Shown here: piece after piece, positions 54,298 through 64,000 of the stretch | Numbering within the stretch: the stretch's first letter is position 1 | How the letters are laid out: each line of letters begins with the position of its first letter | Source: an uncultured Spirochaetota bacterium | GTDB taxonomy: Bacteria > Spirochaetota > Spirochaetia > SZUA-6 > CAVTHK01 | Length of the DNA stretch: 64,000 nucleotides | Assembly: GCA_963734495.1 (NCBI GenBank) | Contig: CAVTHK010000013.1 | Coordinates: forward strand, 64,001-128,000 | Direction of reading: 5' to 3' | Translations under genes and position numbers: made by a program | The notes under the pieces: generated by a model | What the model saw: only the letters and a program-made list of their open reading frames with translations | Told to the model about the DNA's origin: nothing | Database searches by the model: none

Positions 54298-55471
54298 GTG
54301 CGGATTGCCTTCTTCTTCGAGATCTTCTATCCGCAGATCAACGGAGTCGTGACCTCGACGCTCAACCTGGCGCTGAACCTCAAGAAGCGCGGCCACGAGG
54401 TGCTGTTCTGCGCGCCCAAGTCGCGCGGATTCGAGACCACGCACATCCACGGGATCGAGACGTACTACCTCGAGTCGGTGCCGTTCTTCGCCTACCCCGG
54501 CATGCACGTGACGCTCCCGTGGTCGTACCGGGTGGTCGGCAAGATACGCCGCGACGGGATCGACGTGCTGCACTTCACGGGGCCCTTCACGCTCGGCATC
54601 AACGCGATCAACGCGGCGCGCAGGCTCGACCTGCCGGTCGTGCAGACGTTTCACACGATGATCGCCGACCCCAGCTACATCAAGTACGTCACCCGCATGG
54701 ACCTGCCCCACGGCGAGCTCCTGACGTGGCAGTACATCGGGCTGTTCGTGCGCGAGTCCGACGTGATCACCTGCCCGAGCCGCTACATCCTGGAAAAGGT
54801 GCGCCGCCGCTTTCCCGATCACCGCTACGTCCACATCTCCAACGGCATCGACCTCAAGGACTTCCAGCCCGGCGGGAGCGACGCGACGCTCCGCGCGCGC
54901 GTGGCCGCAGTTCAACGACAAGACGTTCCTGTTCGTGGGCAGGCTGGGTACAGGAGAAGTCCATCGACGTCGTGATCCGCGGCGTCGCCGAAGCGGCCAG
55001 CGAGGACCCCGACATCCGGCTCGTCGATCGTGGGCGACGGGCCCGGCGGCCGAGGGGCTGCGGGAGCTCGCCCGCGGCCTCGGCTGCGCGGATCGCGTGT
55101 TCTTTACGGGCAAGATCGACCACGACGCGCTGCTGCGCAGCGGGCTCATACACGAGGCGCGGGCCTTTGTCACCGCCTCGAGGACGGAGATCCAGTCGAT
55201 GACGGTGCTCGAGGCGATCGCCTGCGGAACGCCCCTGCGTCGTCGCGAACGTGCGAAGCGATGGAGGAGATCATCGACGGCAACGGCCTGTTCTTCGATC
55301 CGGACAACGTCAAGGACCTGGCCGCGGTGCCTGCTGCGCATGGCCTCCGACGACGGCGCTGTACACGGAGTTCCGCAGGCGGACCGTCCAGATGTCCGCC
55401 CGCTACGACGGCGCCGAGGTGGCCGACGAAGTTCGAAGAGGTCTACCAGTCGCTCCTCGAGAAGGGGATGA
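54298..55471 (+). CDS. GT4 glycosyltransferase (diacylglycerol glycosyltransferase-like); multiple frameshifts
   Basis: [50 protein letters not shown]. Confidence 0.88.
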
Positions 55472-55472
55472 G

Positions 55473-55994
55473 ATGGACGTCTACGAGGCCATCCGCGCTG
55501 CGCAAGGCCGTGCGCTCCTACGAGGACCGTCCCGTCGAAAAGGACAAGCTCGAGCGCGTGCTGAACGCGGCGCGCCTCGCCCCGTCGGCGCGCAACATGC
55601 AGGAGTGGCGGTTCGTCGTCGTGTCCGACCGCGCAGACCCGGGAGGCCCTGCGGCACGCGGCGAACAACCAGGCCTTCGTCGCGGAGGCGCCGATCGTGA
55701 TCGCGGGCTGCGCCGTCAAGAGCGACCACGTCATGCGCTGCGGGCAGCCGAGCTACCCCATCGACGTCGCGATCGCCACCGACCATCTCATCCTGGCCGC
55801 GGCCGCCGAGGGCCTGGGCACCTGCTGGATCGGCGCGTTCGACGAGGGCGAGGTGCGCCGCGTCCTCGGCATCCCGTCCGGCGGTCCGCGTCGTCGAGCT
55901 GCTCACGCTCGGCTACCCCACGGATGCCGTCGCCCGTCGAGCAAGAACCGGCTGCCCGCTGCGCGACGTCGTGCGCTACGAGCGCTGGACCTGA
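55473..55994 (+). CDS. Nitroreductase family protein; frameshifts
   Basis: [42 protein letters not shown]. Confidence 0.88.
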
Positions 55995-56031
55995 TCGCGG
56001 GGCTGCCGGGAGCCGCGACCGGCTGTCGGCG

Positions 56032-58470
56032 TCACGGCGACTTCAGCCGCACCACCGTCCTGCCGAACCCTCCGAGCTCGGGCCGGGAGAAGCTGAACTC
56101 CTGGACCGAGGGCTCCGCCTTGAGGAACCTGTGGACCGCCTCGCGCAGGACCCCTTCGCCCTTGCCGTGGATGACCCCGAACTCGCGCATGCCCGCCAGG
56201 ACCGCGGCATCGAGCTGCCGCCTCAGGGCCGCGAGCGCCTCTTCGAGCCGGTAGCCGCGCAGGTCGAGCTCCATCGCGGCCGGCGGGGCCGCCTCGAGGC
56301 TCGAGACCACCTCCACGGCGGGAGTCTCCTCCTCGGCCGCGACCGGCCGCAGCTGGGCGGCCGGCAGCGTGGCGCGCACCGTGTCGGTCTCCACGACCCA
56401 CAGCCCGCCGCGCGCCCGGCGCAGCAGGCGCCCCCGGCGCCCGGTGCGCCCGCACGACGACCTCCGCGCCGGGCTCGAGCTCGGCGTCGACGCGGCCGCC
56501 TCCTCCTCCTCGGCCTCGACCCTCCGCTCCTCGTCGTCGACGCGGTCGCGCAGCTCGCGGACGAACTCCGCGGCCTGCCGCGTGAGGTCCCGGCCGAGCG
56601 CGCGCCGCCCCTTCCGATTCGCGGATCTGCTGGATGAGCCCGTCGAGCCGGCGGCGTCCGTCGTCGAGGAAGCGCTTGAGGTCGCGATGCCGGCCCGGCG
56701 CAGCTCCCGCTCGCGCTGCCGCAGGCGCAGCTCCTTGAGGTCGGTGGCGCGCTGCTGCTCGCGCAGCTCGCTCTCGCGCGCGCGCGCGCTGCGCTCGGCG
56801 TCGGCGAGCGCGCGCTCCTTCGCCGCGAGGCGCTCGATCACCCGCGAGATGTCGCTGCGCTCGTCGTTCAGGTACGCCCGCGCCCGCTCGACCAGGCCGG
56901 CGGGCATCCCCTGGCCGCGCGCGATCTCGAGGGCGTGGCTCTCGCCCGGGACGCCGAGGCGGATGGCGAAGGTCGGCGAGAGCGTTCGCGGTGTCGAACT
57001 CCATCGAGGCGTTCATCACGCCCGGCGCGGGTGTAGCCGTAGTTCTTGAGGATCCCGTGGTGGGTCGTGACGAGCGTGACCGCCCGCGTCTCGATGAAGT
57101 GATCGAGCACTGCCATGGCGATGGCGACGCCCTCCTCGGGGTCCGTTCCGGCGCCCAGCTCGTCGAGCAGCACCAGCGATCGCGCGAGTCGGCGAGCCCG
57201 ACGATGCGCGACGAGGTTGCGCACGTGGCCCGAGAACGTCGACAGCGACTGCTCGATCGACTGCTCGTCGCCGATGTCGGCCAGCACGTTGTCGAACACC
57301 GGCAGGCGGCTGCCCGGCGCCGCGGGGATCTCCATGCCGAACTGGTTCATGACGGCGAGCAGGCCCACCGTCTTCAGGGAGACGGTCTTGCCGCCGGTGT
57401 TGGGCCCCGTGATGATGAGCGTGCGCACGTCGCCGGCGAGCCGCACCTCGATGGGGATGGCCCGCCGCGCCGAGCAGCGGGTGCCGCGCCTCCACCAGCG
57501 CGAGCTCCCCGTCGGAGGCGAGCGCCGCGCGAGCACCCGTGCACGGCGGCGTAGCGCGCCCTCGCCTGCAGGGCGTCCAGCTCCGACACCTGGCGCACGA
57601 GCCGTCCGCAGGTCCGCCTCCCGGACGGCCAGCTTCGCGCTCGCCTCCCGCAGGATGCGCGCGAGCTCGCGGTCGTACTCGCCCCGCTGCAGGGCGATCT
57701 CGTTGTTCTTCTCCGCGATGTCCGCGGGCTCGACGTAGACCGTGGCGCCGCTCGCGGAGCTCTCGTGCACGATCCCGGCGACGCGGCTGCGGAAGTTGGC
57801 CTTGATCGCGAGCACGAGGCGTCCGTCCCTCGTGGTGGGCCGGTCGCTCTGCCACCAGGGCTCGCGTTCCGGATCGCCGATCCAGCTCGACGCGAGGCGG
57901 GCCACGTCGCCCCGGAGGCCCTGGATCCGCGCGGCGATGGAACGCAGCTCGGGGATCTCCTTTTCCTTGACCTGGCCTTCGCGGTCGACGATCCGGAAGA
58001 TCATGCGCGCGAGGTCGTCGAGCTCGGGGATCTCGGCGGGCCATCTCCGCGAGCGCCGCAAAGGCGGCCTCGCCCGGCCCCCGGCACGCCCGCTTCCGCC
58101 GCGGGACCCGGCGCGCCGGCCTTCGCCCGAGAGGGCCGAGGCCGATCGCGTCACGTAGCGCCGCAGCTCCGCCGCCGAGAGGATCGCGCGGCCGACCGCG
58201 GCCAGCTCCTCGGCTGCGAGCGTGACGCCGCTCTTGGCCAGGCGCGCGACGCTCGGAGCCACTTCGGGGAAGTCGAGGGCCGGCAGCGGCGCCTGCTCGA
58301 CGAGGGCGCGGAACGCGGCGGCGAGGGCGACCCGCTCGCCCGTCTCCGCGCGCGTCGACGCTCACCGGCTGGGCGGCGACCACCTCGGCGCCTTCGCTGG
58401 AGACGCAGTAGTCCTTGACCTCGGCGACGACGCGGCCGAACTCCAGCAGCCTCAGGGCATGCTCATCCAT
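56032..58470 (-). CDS. mutS2: Endonuclease MutS2; multiple frameshifts
   Basis: [58 protein letters not shown]; Smr domain LDLRG...IHGKGEG. Confidence 0.93.
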
Positions 58471-58506
58471 GGCGGTCCCTCCCGGAGCCGCTCGCGGCCG
58501 CGCCGG

Positions 58507-59340
58507 TCACGGGATCTCCCCCGCGAAGTCGATGCCTCGCTCCTCGCAGAAGCGCCTGTAGCGCGGCTCGACGCCGTCGGTGCGCGTGACGTAGAGCCGC
58601 GCCGCGGCCCGACGGCCCGGCGCGGGCGCTCCGCTGTCGGCCGGCGTCTCAGCCAGCACCCGCCCGAGCTGGCGGACCACCCCGTCGCGCGAGTCTACGA
58701 TCCTGATCCCGTCACCGAGGACGCCGCGCAGCTCGGGTTCGAGGTGCAGGAAATGCGTGCACGCGAGCACGACGACGTCAACGCGGTGTCGCCGCATCGT
58801 GTCGGCTGCCCGCCGGGCGATCGCGCGCCGCTCCTCCGGAGGGGCCTCGAACCAGCGGCGCTCGACAAAGTCCACGACGCCGGGCGCAGGCACGAGCACC
58901 ACGCGGCAGCCGGCGGCGAAGCTGCGGATCATTCCCTTGAGATACCGGGCATGCACCGTCCGGCGGGTGGCGAGCAGACCCACCCTGCCGCTTTCCGTCG
59001 CGAGGGCGGCCGGCTTGATGGCCGGCACCGTTCCCACGAACGGGACGGCGAAACGTTCGCGCAGGCTCTGCAGGGCCACCACGGACGCGGTGTTGCACGC
59101 GACGACGATGGCGCGCGGCTGCAGCGCCGCTATGCCCCTGCGGGCCGACTCCACGACGGCGGCGGTCACGCGCGCCCGACTCTTCTGCCCATAGGGGAAA
59201 TTGGCCGTGTCGGCGAGGTAGACGAAGGTCTCTCGGGGAAGCCTCTCCCGCGCCAGCTCCAGGTACGGCAGCCCGCCGATGCCGGAGTCCAGAAAGAGGA
59301 CGGGACCGCGGCTACCCGCCGAACAGCTTGCCAAAGGCAT
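58507..59340 (-). CDS. murI: Glutamate racemase
   Basis: DSGIGGL, FPYG, VVACNTAS, VPAIKPA, VLACTHF (both catalytic Cys). Confidence 0.93.
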   Translation of the reverse strand: MPLASCSAGSRGPVLFLDSGIGGLPYLELARERLPRETFVYLADTANFPYGQKSRARVTAAVVESARRGIAALQPRAIVVACNTASVVALQSLRERFAVPFVGTVPAIKPAALATESGRVGLLATRRTVHARYLKGMIRSFAAGCRVVLVPAPGVVDFVERRWFEAPPEERRAIARRAADTMRRHRVDVVVLACTHFLHLEPELRGVLGDGIRIVDSRDGVVRQLGRVLAETPADSGAPAPGRRAAARLYVTRTDGVEPRYRRFCEERGIDFAGEIP

Positions 59341-59599
59341 CCTGCGCCTTGTCGCGCCCGCCGGTCTGTCCGCGCTCCTGGCCCCCGGAGCGGAAGCGGA
59401 ACCACGAGCAGAAGTTGGCCCTCGCCTTGTCCACCACCTGCTCGTCGACCGTCTCGTGGCAGTCCCAGTGCGCGCCGGGGCTGTAGAACTGGCAGTTGAG
59501 GCAGCAGCGCAGGTCGGCGCCGCAGGAGGGGCACAGGGTGGCGCGGAAGACTTCGAGCTTGTCGTCTAGCGGCGTCCCGCACTTGTGGCAGCGTCGCAT
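59312..59599 (-). CDS. Small Cys-rich (zinc-binding) hypothetical protein
   Basis: CHKC, CPSC, CLNC, C...NFC pattern. Confidence 0.8.
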   Translation of the reverse strand: MRRCHKCGTPLDDKLEVFRATLCPSCGADLRCCLNCQFYSPGAHWDCHETVDEQVVDKARANFCSWFRFRSGGQERGQTGGRDKAQDAFGKLFGG

Positions 59600-59718
59600 G
59601 GTGCGCCCATGATAGCAGGAATCGGCGGGCGCCATGCAAAGCCGGCGGGGGTCCACCGGCCGCGCGCACGGCATCGTCCTTGCCCCGACGGCCTGGAATG
59701 CAGTACCGTCGCCGTAGA

Positions 59719-60222
59719 GTGACCGACGACGAAGTCAGAGCCTACGTCCGCGACGCGCGCATCATCCGCGACGTCGACTTTGCGGGCCTGGAGCTCGCGG
59801 ACATGGTGCTCGAGGACAAGGTCTTCTGGCTCTGCAACCTGCCGCGGATCCGCATGCACCGCGTCAGGCTGAAGAACGTGAAGATCCGCCTGAGCTTCTT
59901 CGACTTCGGCTCCTTCGAGCGCTGCCAGACCGTGGGCTGCGACATCCGCAACTCCGTGTTCGCGGGCTCCCATCTCACCGCCTGCCGCATCGAGGAGACG
60001 GTGATGCACCGCGCCAACTTCGTCGGCGTCGAGGTGCGCGACAGCCTCTTTCTCGCCTCCGACCTGTACGCCACCCGCTTCACCTCGTCGCGCCTCGAGC
60101 GGGTCACGTTCCGGGACTGCAACCTGAAGCGCGTGCAGTTCCGCCGGGCGCTGCTCAGCCGCACGGACTTCCCCGCGTCGAACCTGCGCGAAGCCTACAT
60201 GGAGGAGGCGCTGCGGCGGTGA
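59719..60222 (+). CDS. Pentapeptide-repeat protein
   Basis: Five-residue periodicity (ANFVG, SDLYA, TRFTS, CNLKR, SNLRE). Confidence 0.8.
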   Translation: MTDDEVRAYVRDARIIRDVDFAGLELADMVLEDKVFWLCNLPRIRMHRVRLKNVKIRLSFFDFGSFERCQTVGCDIRNSVFAGSHLTACRIEETVMHRANFVGVEVRDSLFLASDLYATRFTSSRLERVTFRDCNLKRVQFRRALLSRTDFPASNLREAYMEEALRR

Positions 60223-60819
60223 AATTCTTCTGCCACTTCGGTCTCGAGGCCTTCTCCAACGCCTACCTGGTCGGGCCCGACGAGGGGGGCGAGGCCGTCC
60301 TGATCGACCCCGGCGACTTCGACGAGACTCTGCTCGGCATGATCGAGAAGAACCGCCTCGACCTGAAGCACATCCTGGTCACCCATGCGCACGAGTCGCA
60401 CGTGAGGGGCGTGCCGACCGCGCTCAAGATCTACGACGCCACCGTCTACGGGGTCGTCCCGCTGCCCCGAGTCGAGCAGGCACCGGACGATCGAGGACGG
60501 CGAGGAGCTCGAGCTCGGGAGCTTCCGGGTGCGCGTGCTGTGGACCCCCGGCCATTCCCCGGACTCGGTCGTCTACCACATGCCGCCTTACCTGTTCACC
60601 GGGGACACGCTGCAGGCGGGCGCCCTCGGCTCGACGACTTCGGCGGCGGCCAGGCAGCAGCTCCTCAAGTCGATCCGCCGGGAGATCCTGAGCCTCGACG
60701 ACGAGACCATCATCTTCCCGGGACACGGGCCGCCGAGCAAAGTCGGGGTCGAGCGGGCGCTCAACCCGGACCTGCGCGAAGACGAAGAAGACGCCCTCGC
60801 GGGCCTCGGCGCGCCGTAG
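60219..60819 (+). CDS. Metallo-beta-lactamase fold hydrolase (glyoxalase II-like); frameshift near 60470
   Basis: NAYLV, LIDPG, THAHESH, TPGHS, FTGD, FPGHG. Confidence 0.88.
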
Positions 60820-60840
60820 CCGGGCCGGACCGCGCCGGGG

Positions 60841-61749
60841 CTACGGCCCGTCGAGCAGCGCGAAGGCCGCGCGAAAGCGCCCGGGAAGCGGCGCCCGGAA
60901 ACGGAGAGGCGCTTCGCGGCGGGGCAGGCGGATCGTGAGCGAGTACGCGTGGAGCATGAGCGTCGCGTCGGGGAACCTCGGGTCCGGCCTGCCGTAGATC
61001 GGGTCGCCCAGGATGGGGCACCCGATGGCCTTGGCGTGGACGCGCAGCTGGTGCGTCCTGCCGGTGCGCGGGGCAAAGCGCAGCAGGCTGTAGCCGGGCC
61101 ACGAGCGCGCGACGCGGTACCCGGTGGAGGCCTCCCGGCCGCCGCCGGGCGAGGCGCGGAACCTCTGCCTGTGGGCCGGATCGCGCTCGATGGCGAGGTC
61201 GATCACGCCCCGTGATCGCGGCGGTCTCCCCTGCACCAGCGCGTAGTAGACCTTGCGGGTCGTGCGCAGGCGGAACTGCTCCGCGAGCATCTGGTGCACG
61301 GCCGCGCTCTTCGCCACGATGAGCACGCCCGAGGTGTCCTTGTCGAGCCGGTGCACGATGCCCGGCCGGAACGGCTCGCCGCCGACGAGCGTCCCGCAGC
61401 GATGGAGCAGCCCGGCCACGAGAGTCCCGCGATAGTGGCCGCAGCCGGGATGCACGACGACCCCCTGCGCCTTGTTCACCACGACGGCGTCGTCGTCCTC
61501 GTAGAGCACGTCCAGGTCCATCGGCTCCGGCTCCAGCGCCGGCTCCTCCGGCAGGTCGTACGCGATCTCGAGGAGGTCGCCCGGGCGCACGCGGCTGCTG
61601 AGCTTGCCGGACCGGCCGTTCACGGCGATCGTCACGGCGCGGGCCTTGAGCTGGCTGCGGGTGAGCAGGTCGAGGTGATCGACGATGTACCGGTCGAGAC
61701 GGCAGCCCTCGGCCGCATCCTCCTCGACCGAAATCCTAAGGCTTTCCAC
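60841..61749 (-). CDS. rluD: RluA/RluD family pseudouridine synthase
   Basis: S4-like RLDRY, NKAQGVVVHPG, HRLDKDTSG, TGRTHQLRVH, ILGDPIYG, LHA. Confidence 0.92.
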   Translation of the reverse strand: MESLRISVEEDAAEGCRLDRYIVDHLDLLTRSQLKARAVTIAVNGRSGKLSSRVRPGDLLEIAYDLPEEPALEPEPMDLDVLYEDDDAVVVNKAQGVVVHPGCGHYRGTLVAGLLHRCGTLVGGEPFRPGIVHRLDKDTSGVLIVAKSAAVHQMLAEQFRLRTTRKVYYALVQGRPPRSRGVIDLAIERDPAHRQRFRASPGGGREASTGYRVARSWPGYSLLRFAPRTGRTHQLRVHAKAIGCPILGDPIYGRPDPRFPDATLMLHAYSLTIRLPRREAPLRFRAPLPGRFRAAFALLDGP

Positions 61750-62239
61750 CGTGGGCCCCGCGCTCCGCCTTCCTGGCCCTCGCACGGCCGATCAGGTAGT
61801 CGGCCGTCGCGACGACGACCGACAGCGAAGCCGCGCCCAGCAGGACCCCGATCGTCTCGCTGGTGGAATAGGGGACCTGGTTGGGATTGCCCAGGGGCGC
61901 GTACTGCGAGTCCCCCCCGTGGACGCTGTAGCGGTAGATGTTGTAGCCGAGCTGCGTAAAGAGATAGACGATGGGGAAGGCGCCGATCGTGATGATCTCG
62001 CCTCTCCTCAGGTCGTGAAGCCACTGCGGGAACTCGTCGGGCGCGTACGGCAGCGGCTGCGGCTCGGTCGGATTCTGCGCCGGCGCGGCGGGCGCGGCGG
62101 GAGTCGAGGGCGTCGCGGCGTCGTCGCCGCGGGAGGAGTCGAAGACGGCCGGCGGCGTCGAGCTCTGCTGGCCCTGCAGCGGCGAGACGAGAACGGCCGC
62201 CGCGAGGGCCGCAAGAGCGAGCGGCTGCGCCCTACGCAT
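61736..62239 (-). CDS. Conserved hypothetical membrane protein with signal peptide
   Basis: Signal peptide, PY..DEFP.W..DLRR.EIIT.GAFP motif, C-terminal TM; coupled to yggS and rluD. Confidence 0.75.
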   Translation of the reverse strand: MRRAQPLALAALAAAVLVSPLQGQQSSTPPAVFDSSRGDDAATPSTPAAPAAPAQNPTEPQPLPYAPDEFPQWLHDLRRGEIITIGAFPIVYLFTQLGYNIYRYSVHGGDSQYAPLGNPNQVPYSTSETIGVLLGAASLSVVVATADYLIGRARARKAERGAHGGKP

Positions 62240-62930
62240 CGATCCTTGCTCCGAACAACGCGGTCCCCAGCCTCACCATCGTCGCACCTTCTTCCACGGC
62301 CGGCTCGTAGTCGCTGCTCATGCCCATCGACAGGATATCGAGCCCGGGGAGGATGCCCCGCGCGCGCTCGAAGAGCTCCCGCAGCTCCGCAAACGCCGCC
62401 CGCAGCCTCGCCTCCTCGCTCGTGAGCGGCGCTATCGTCATGAGGCCGCGCACGCGCAGGCCTGGGAGAGCGCCGATGGCGCCGAGGTCCTCGAGCAGCC
62501 GCCCGGCGTCCCTGTACCCCGACTGGGTCTGCGCGCCCGACGTGTTCTTCTCCAGGAGCACGTCGAGAGTCCTCGCGGCGGCGACCGCGGCGCGGCTCAA
62601 CGCGGCCGCCGTTTCCATTCCGTCGATGGACTGCACGCACGCGAACAGCGCCGCGGCCTTTCGCGCCTTGTTGCGCTGGAGGTGCCCGATAAGATGAAGC
62701 TCGCAGCCGTCGGGCGCCTCGCCCGCCTTGGATTCCGCTTCCTGGACTCGGTTCTCGCCGATGACGCGCAGGCCGCTCTCGACGGCGAGACGCACCGTTC
62801 CGGCGGGGTGGCCCTTGGTCACGGCCATGACGGTCACTGAGTCCGGGCTCCGGCCCGCGCGCGCCGCCGCCACGGCGATACGGTCGCGTACGATGCCGAG
62901 GTTCGACTCCAGATCGGCGCGGCTCACCAT
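62232..62930 (-). CDS. yggS: PLP homeostasis protein (YggS/PROSC)
   Basis: MAVTK, GENRVQE, HLIGHLQRNK, GLMT, LSMGMSSDY, VRLGTALFG. Confidence 0.95.
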   Translation of the reverse strand: MVSRADLESNLGIVRDRIAVAAARAGRSPDSVTVMAVTKGHPAGTVRLAVESGLRVIGENRVQEAESKAGEAPDGCELHLIGHLQRNKARKAAALFACVQSIDGMETAAALSRAAVAAARTLDVLLEKNTSGAQTQSGYRDAGRLLEDLGAIGALPGLRVRGLMTIAPLTSEEARLRAAFAELRELFERARGILPGLDILSMGMSSDYEPAVEEGATMVRLGTALFGARIDA

Positions 62931-63158
62931 GCCGGGCTTATTATAGGTTCCGGCCGCCGTGTTGGGCAATCCGGCGTAATCCGCCGGCATCCCGCGAGCA
63001 GTCCGCGCGCAGCGCGAGGACTGGCAGTATTCTCCTCGCTTCCGGCCATTCCCTGATGGCGTTTGTCAGGAGCCCCGTGTTATCTTGGGGCGCGGCGCCC
63101 CGGCTGCGGCCTTGGCGGACCAGGGCCGCAGCCGGGGCAGCCGATGAGGAGGAGACCC

Positions 63159-64000
63159 GTGAGCAGGGCGATGGCGTGCAGCGCAATCCTGGCACTCGCG
63201 GCTGCGCTCGCCTGGGGCGGCGGGCAGGCGGAAAAGGCCCGGGCCGGCCAGGTGACCCTGAGGATATACGTCGGGGAGTACACCCCCCGCGCTCGGACCC
63301 AGTCGGACCGCTGGGACCCGCCGCAGTACGTGAACAAGCTGATCGCCGACTACCGCGCCAGGCACCCCGAGGTGACCTTCGAGGTGCTGCCGGAGATCCC
63401 TGCCGGCGACGCGTACGAGACGTGGGTCGTCACGCAGTTCCGCGCGAACAAGGCGCCGGACCTCGGGGTCCAGCTCTTCAGCGAAGTCAACCGCCACTAC
63501 CAGAAAGGCTGGTACGTCGACCTTCGTCCGTACCTGGACAAGCCCAACCCCTACGTCACGGGCAACAAGGCGTGGCGCGACATCTTCCTGCCCGGCGTGA
63601 TCTCGACGGGGACCGCGCCCGACAACGCCGTGTACGTGCTGCCGACGACCCTCACGGGCACGGCGATCTTCTACAACAAGGACATCTTCAAGAAGGTCGG
63701 CGTATCGGTGCCCGAGACGTGGGCGCAGTTCATCGAAATTCAGAAGAAGATCAAGGCGGCGGGCACCATCCCCTTCGCCTTCCACATGGCGGGGAACCCG
63801 TACCAGGCGAACTGGGCGCTGCGCTCGATCCAGGACATGCTGCTCGACTCGAGGCTCGCGGCTATCAAGGGCGGCTCCAAGCCCGAGCGCAACATGATCG
63901 AAGGGTCCGGGATCAGCCAGAAGGAGCTGGTCGCCGCGATCGTGCGCGGCGACTACAACGCGAAGGACGCGCAGTGGCTCGAGCAGCTGCGGCTGCTCCG
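63159..64000 (+). CDS. Carbohydrate ABC transporter substrate-binding protein (truncated by window edge; absent from ORF track)
   Basis: SD AGGAGGAG; signal peptide ending AWGGGQAE; APD, VDLRPYLD, IFYNKDIFKKVGV..PETWAQF..KIKAAG. Confidence 0.9.
   Translation, partial: MSRAMACSAILALAAALAWGGGQAEKARAGQVTLRIYVGEYTPRARTQSDRWDPPQYVNKLIADYRARHPEVTFEVLPEIPAGDAYETWVVTQFRANKAPDLGVQLFSEVNRHYQKGWYVDLRPYLDKPNPYVTGNKAWRDIFLPGVISTGTAPDNAVYVLPTTLTGTAIFYNKDIFKKVGVSVPETWAQFIEIQKKIKAAGTIPFAFHMAGNPYQANWALRSIQDMLLDSRLAAIKGGSKPERNMIEGSGISQKELVAAIVRGDYNAKDAQWLEQLRLL

Overview
Very GC-rich bacterial chromosomal segment, densely packed with about 65 housekeeping and metabolic genes. It is probably from a Spirochaetota-type anaerobe; this is an inference from the GGQAE-type solute-binding protein N-terminus and the yggS-hyp-rluD and mutS2-murI neighbourhoods. 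I found no rRNA, tRNA, CRISPR, phage or IS element. Many clearly conserved genes, including glnS, carry several single-base frameshifts clustered in blocks, best explained as unpolished long-read indels. Several long ORFs and apparent fusions in the ORF track are therefore artefacts. Main content: (i) a GntR-associated sugar catabolism cluster (ABC ATPase, class II aldolase, DHDPS-family aldolase, FGGY kinase, UroD-like protein, SDR); (ii) a glycogen locus with glgP, glgX and a ~1600-aa GH13 + GT5 glucan-synthase fusion; (iii) a pyrimidine operon pyrF-pyrE fusion / CodA-like amidohydrolase / pyrD-pyrK fusion; (iv) a split transketolase, rpiA, ybaK, glnS, metA, mutS2, murI, rluD and yggS. Strongest novelty candidates: the GH13-GT5 fusion; a tandem-duplicated structured 5' leader with AGGA-loop hairpins before glgP; a double-terminator leader with an in-frame upstream ATG before the pyr operon; a CodA-like enzyme with Gln at the catalytic Glu position inside the pyr operon; and a 13/14-identical AT-rich operator linking the GntR gene to a transketolase operon 34 kb away.
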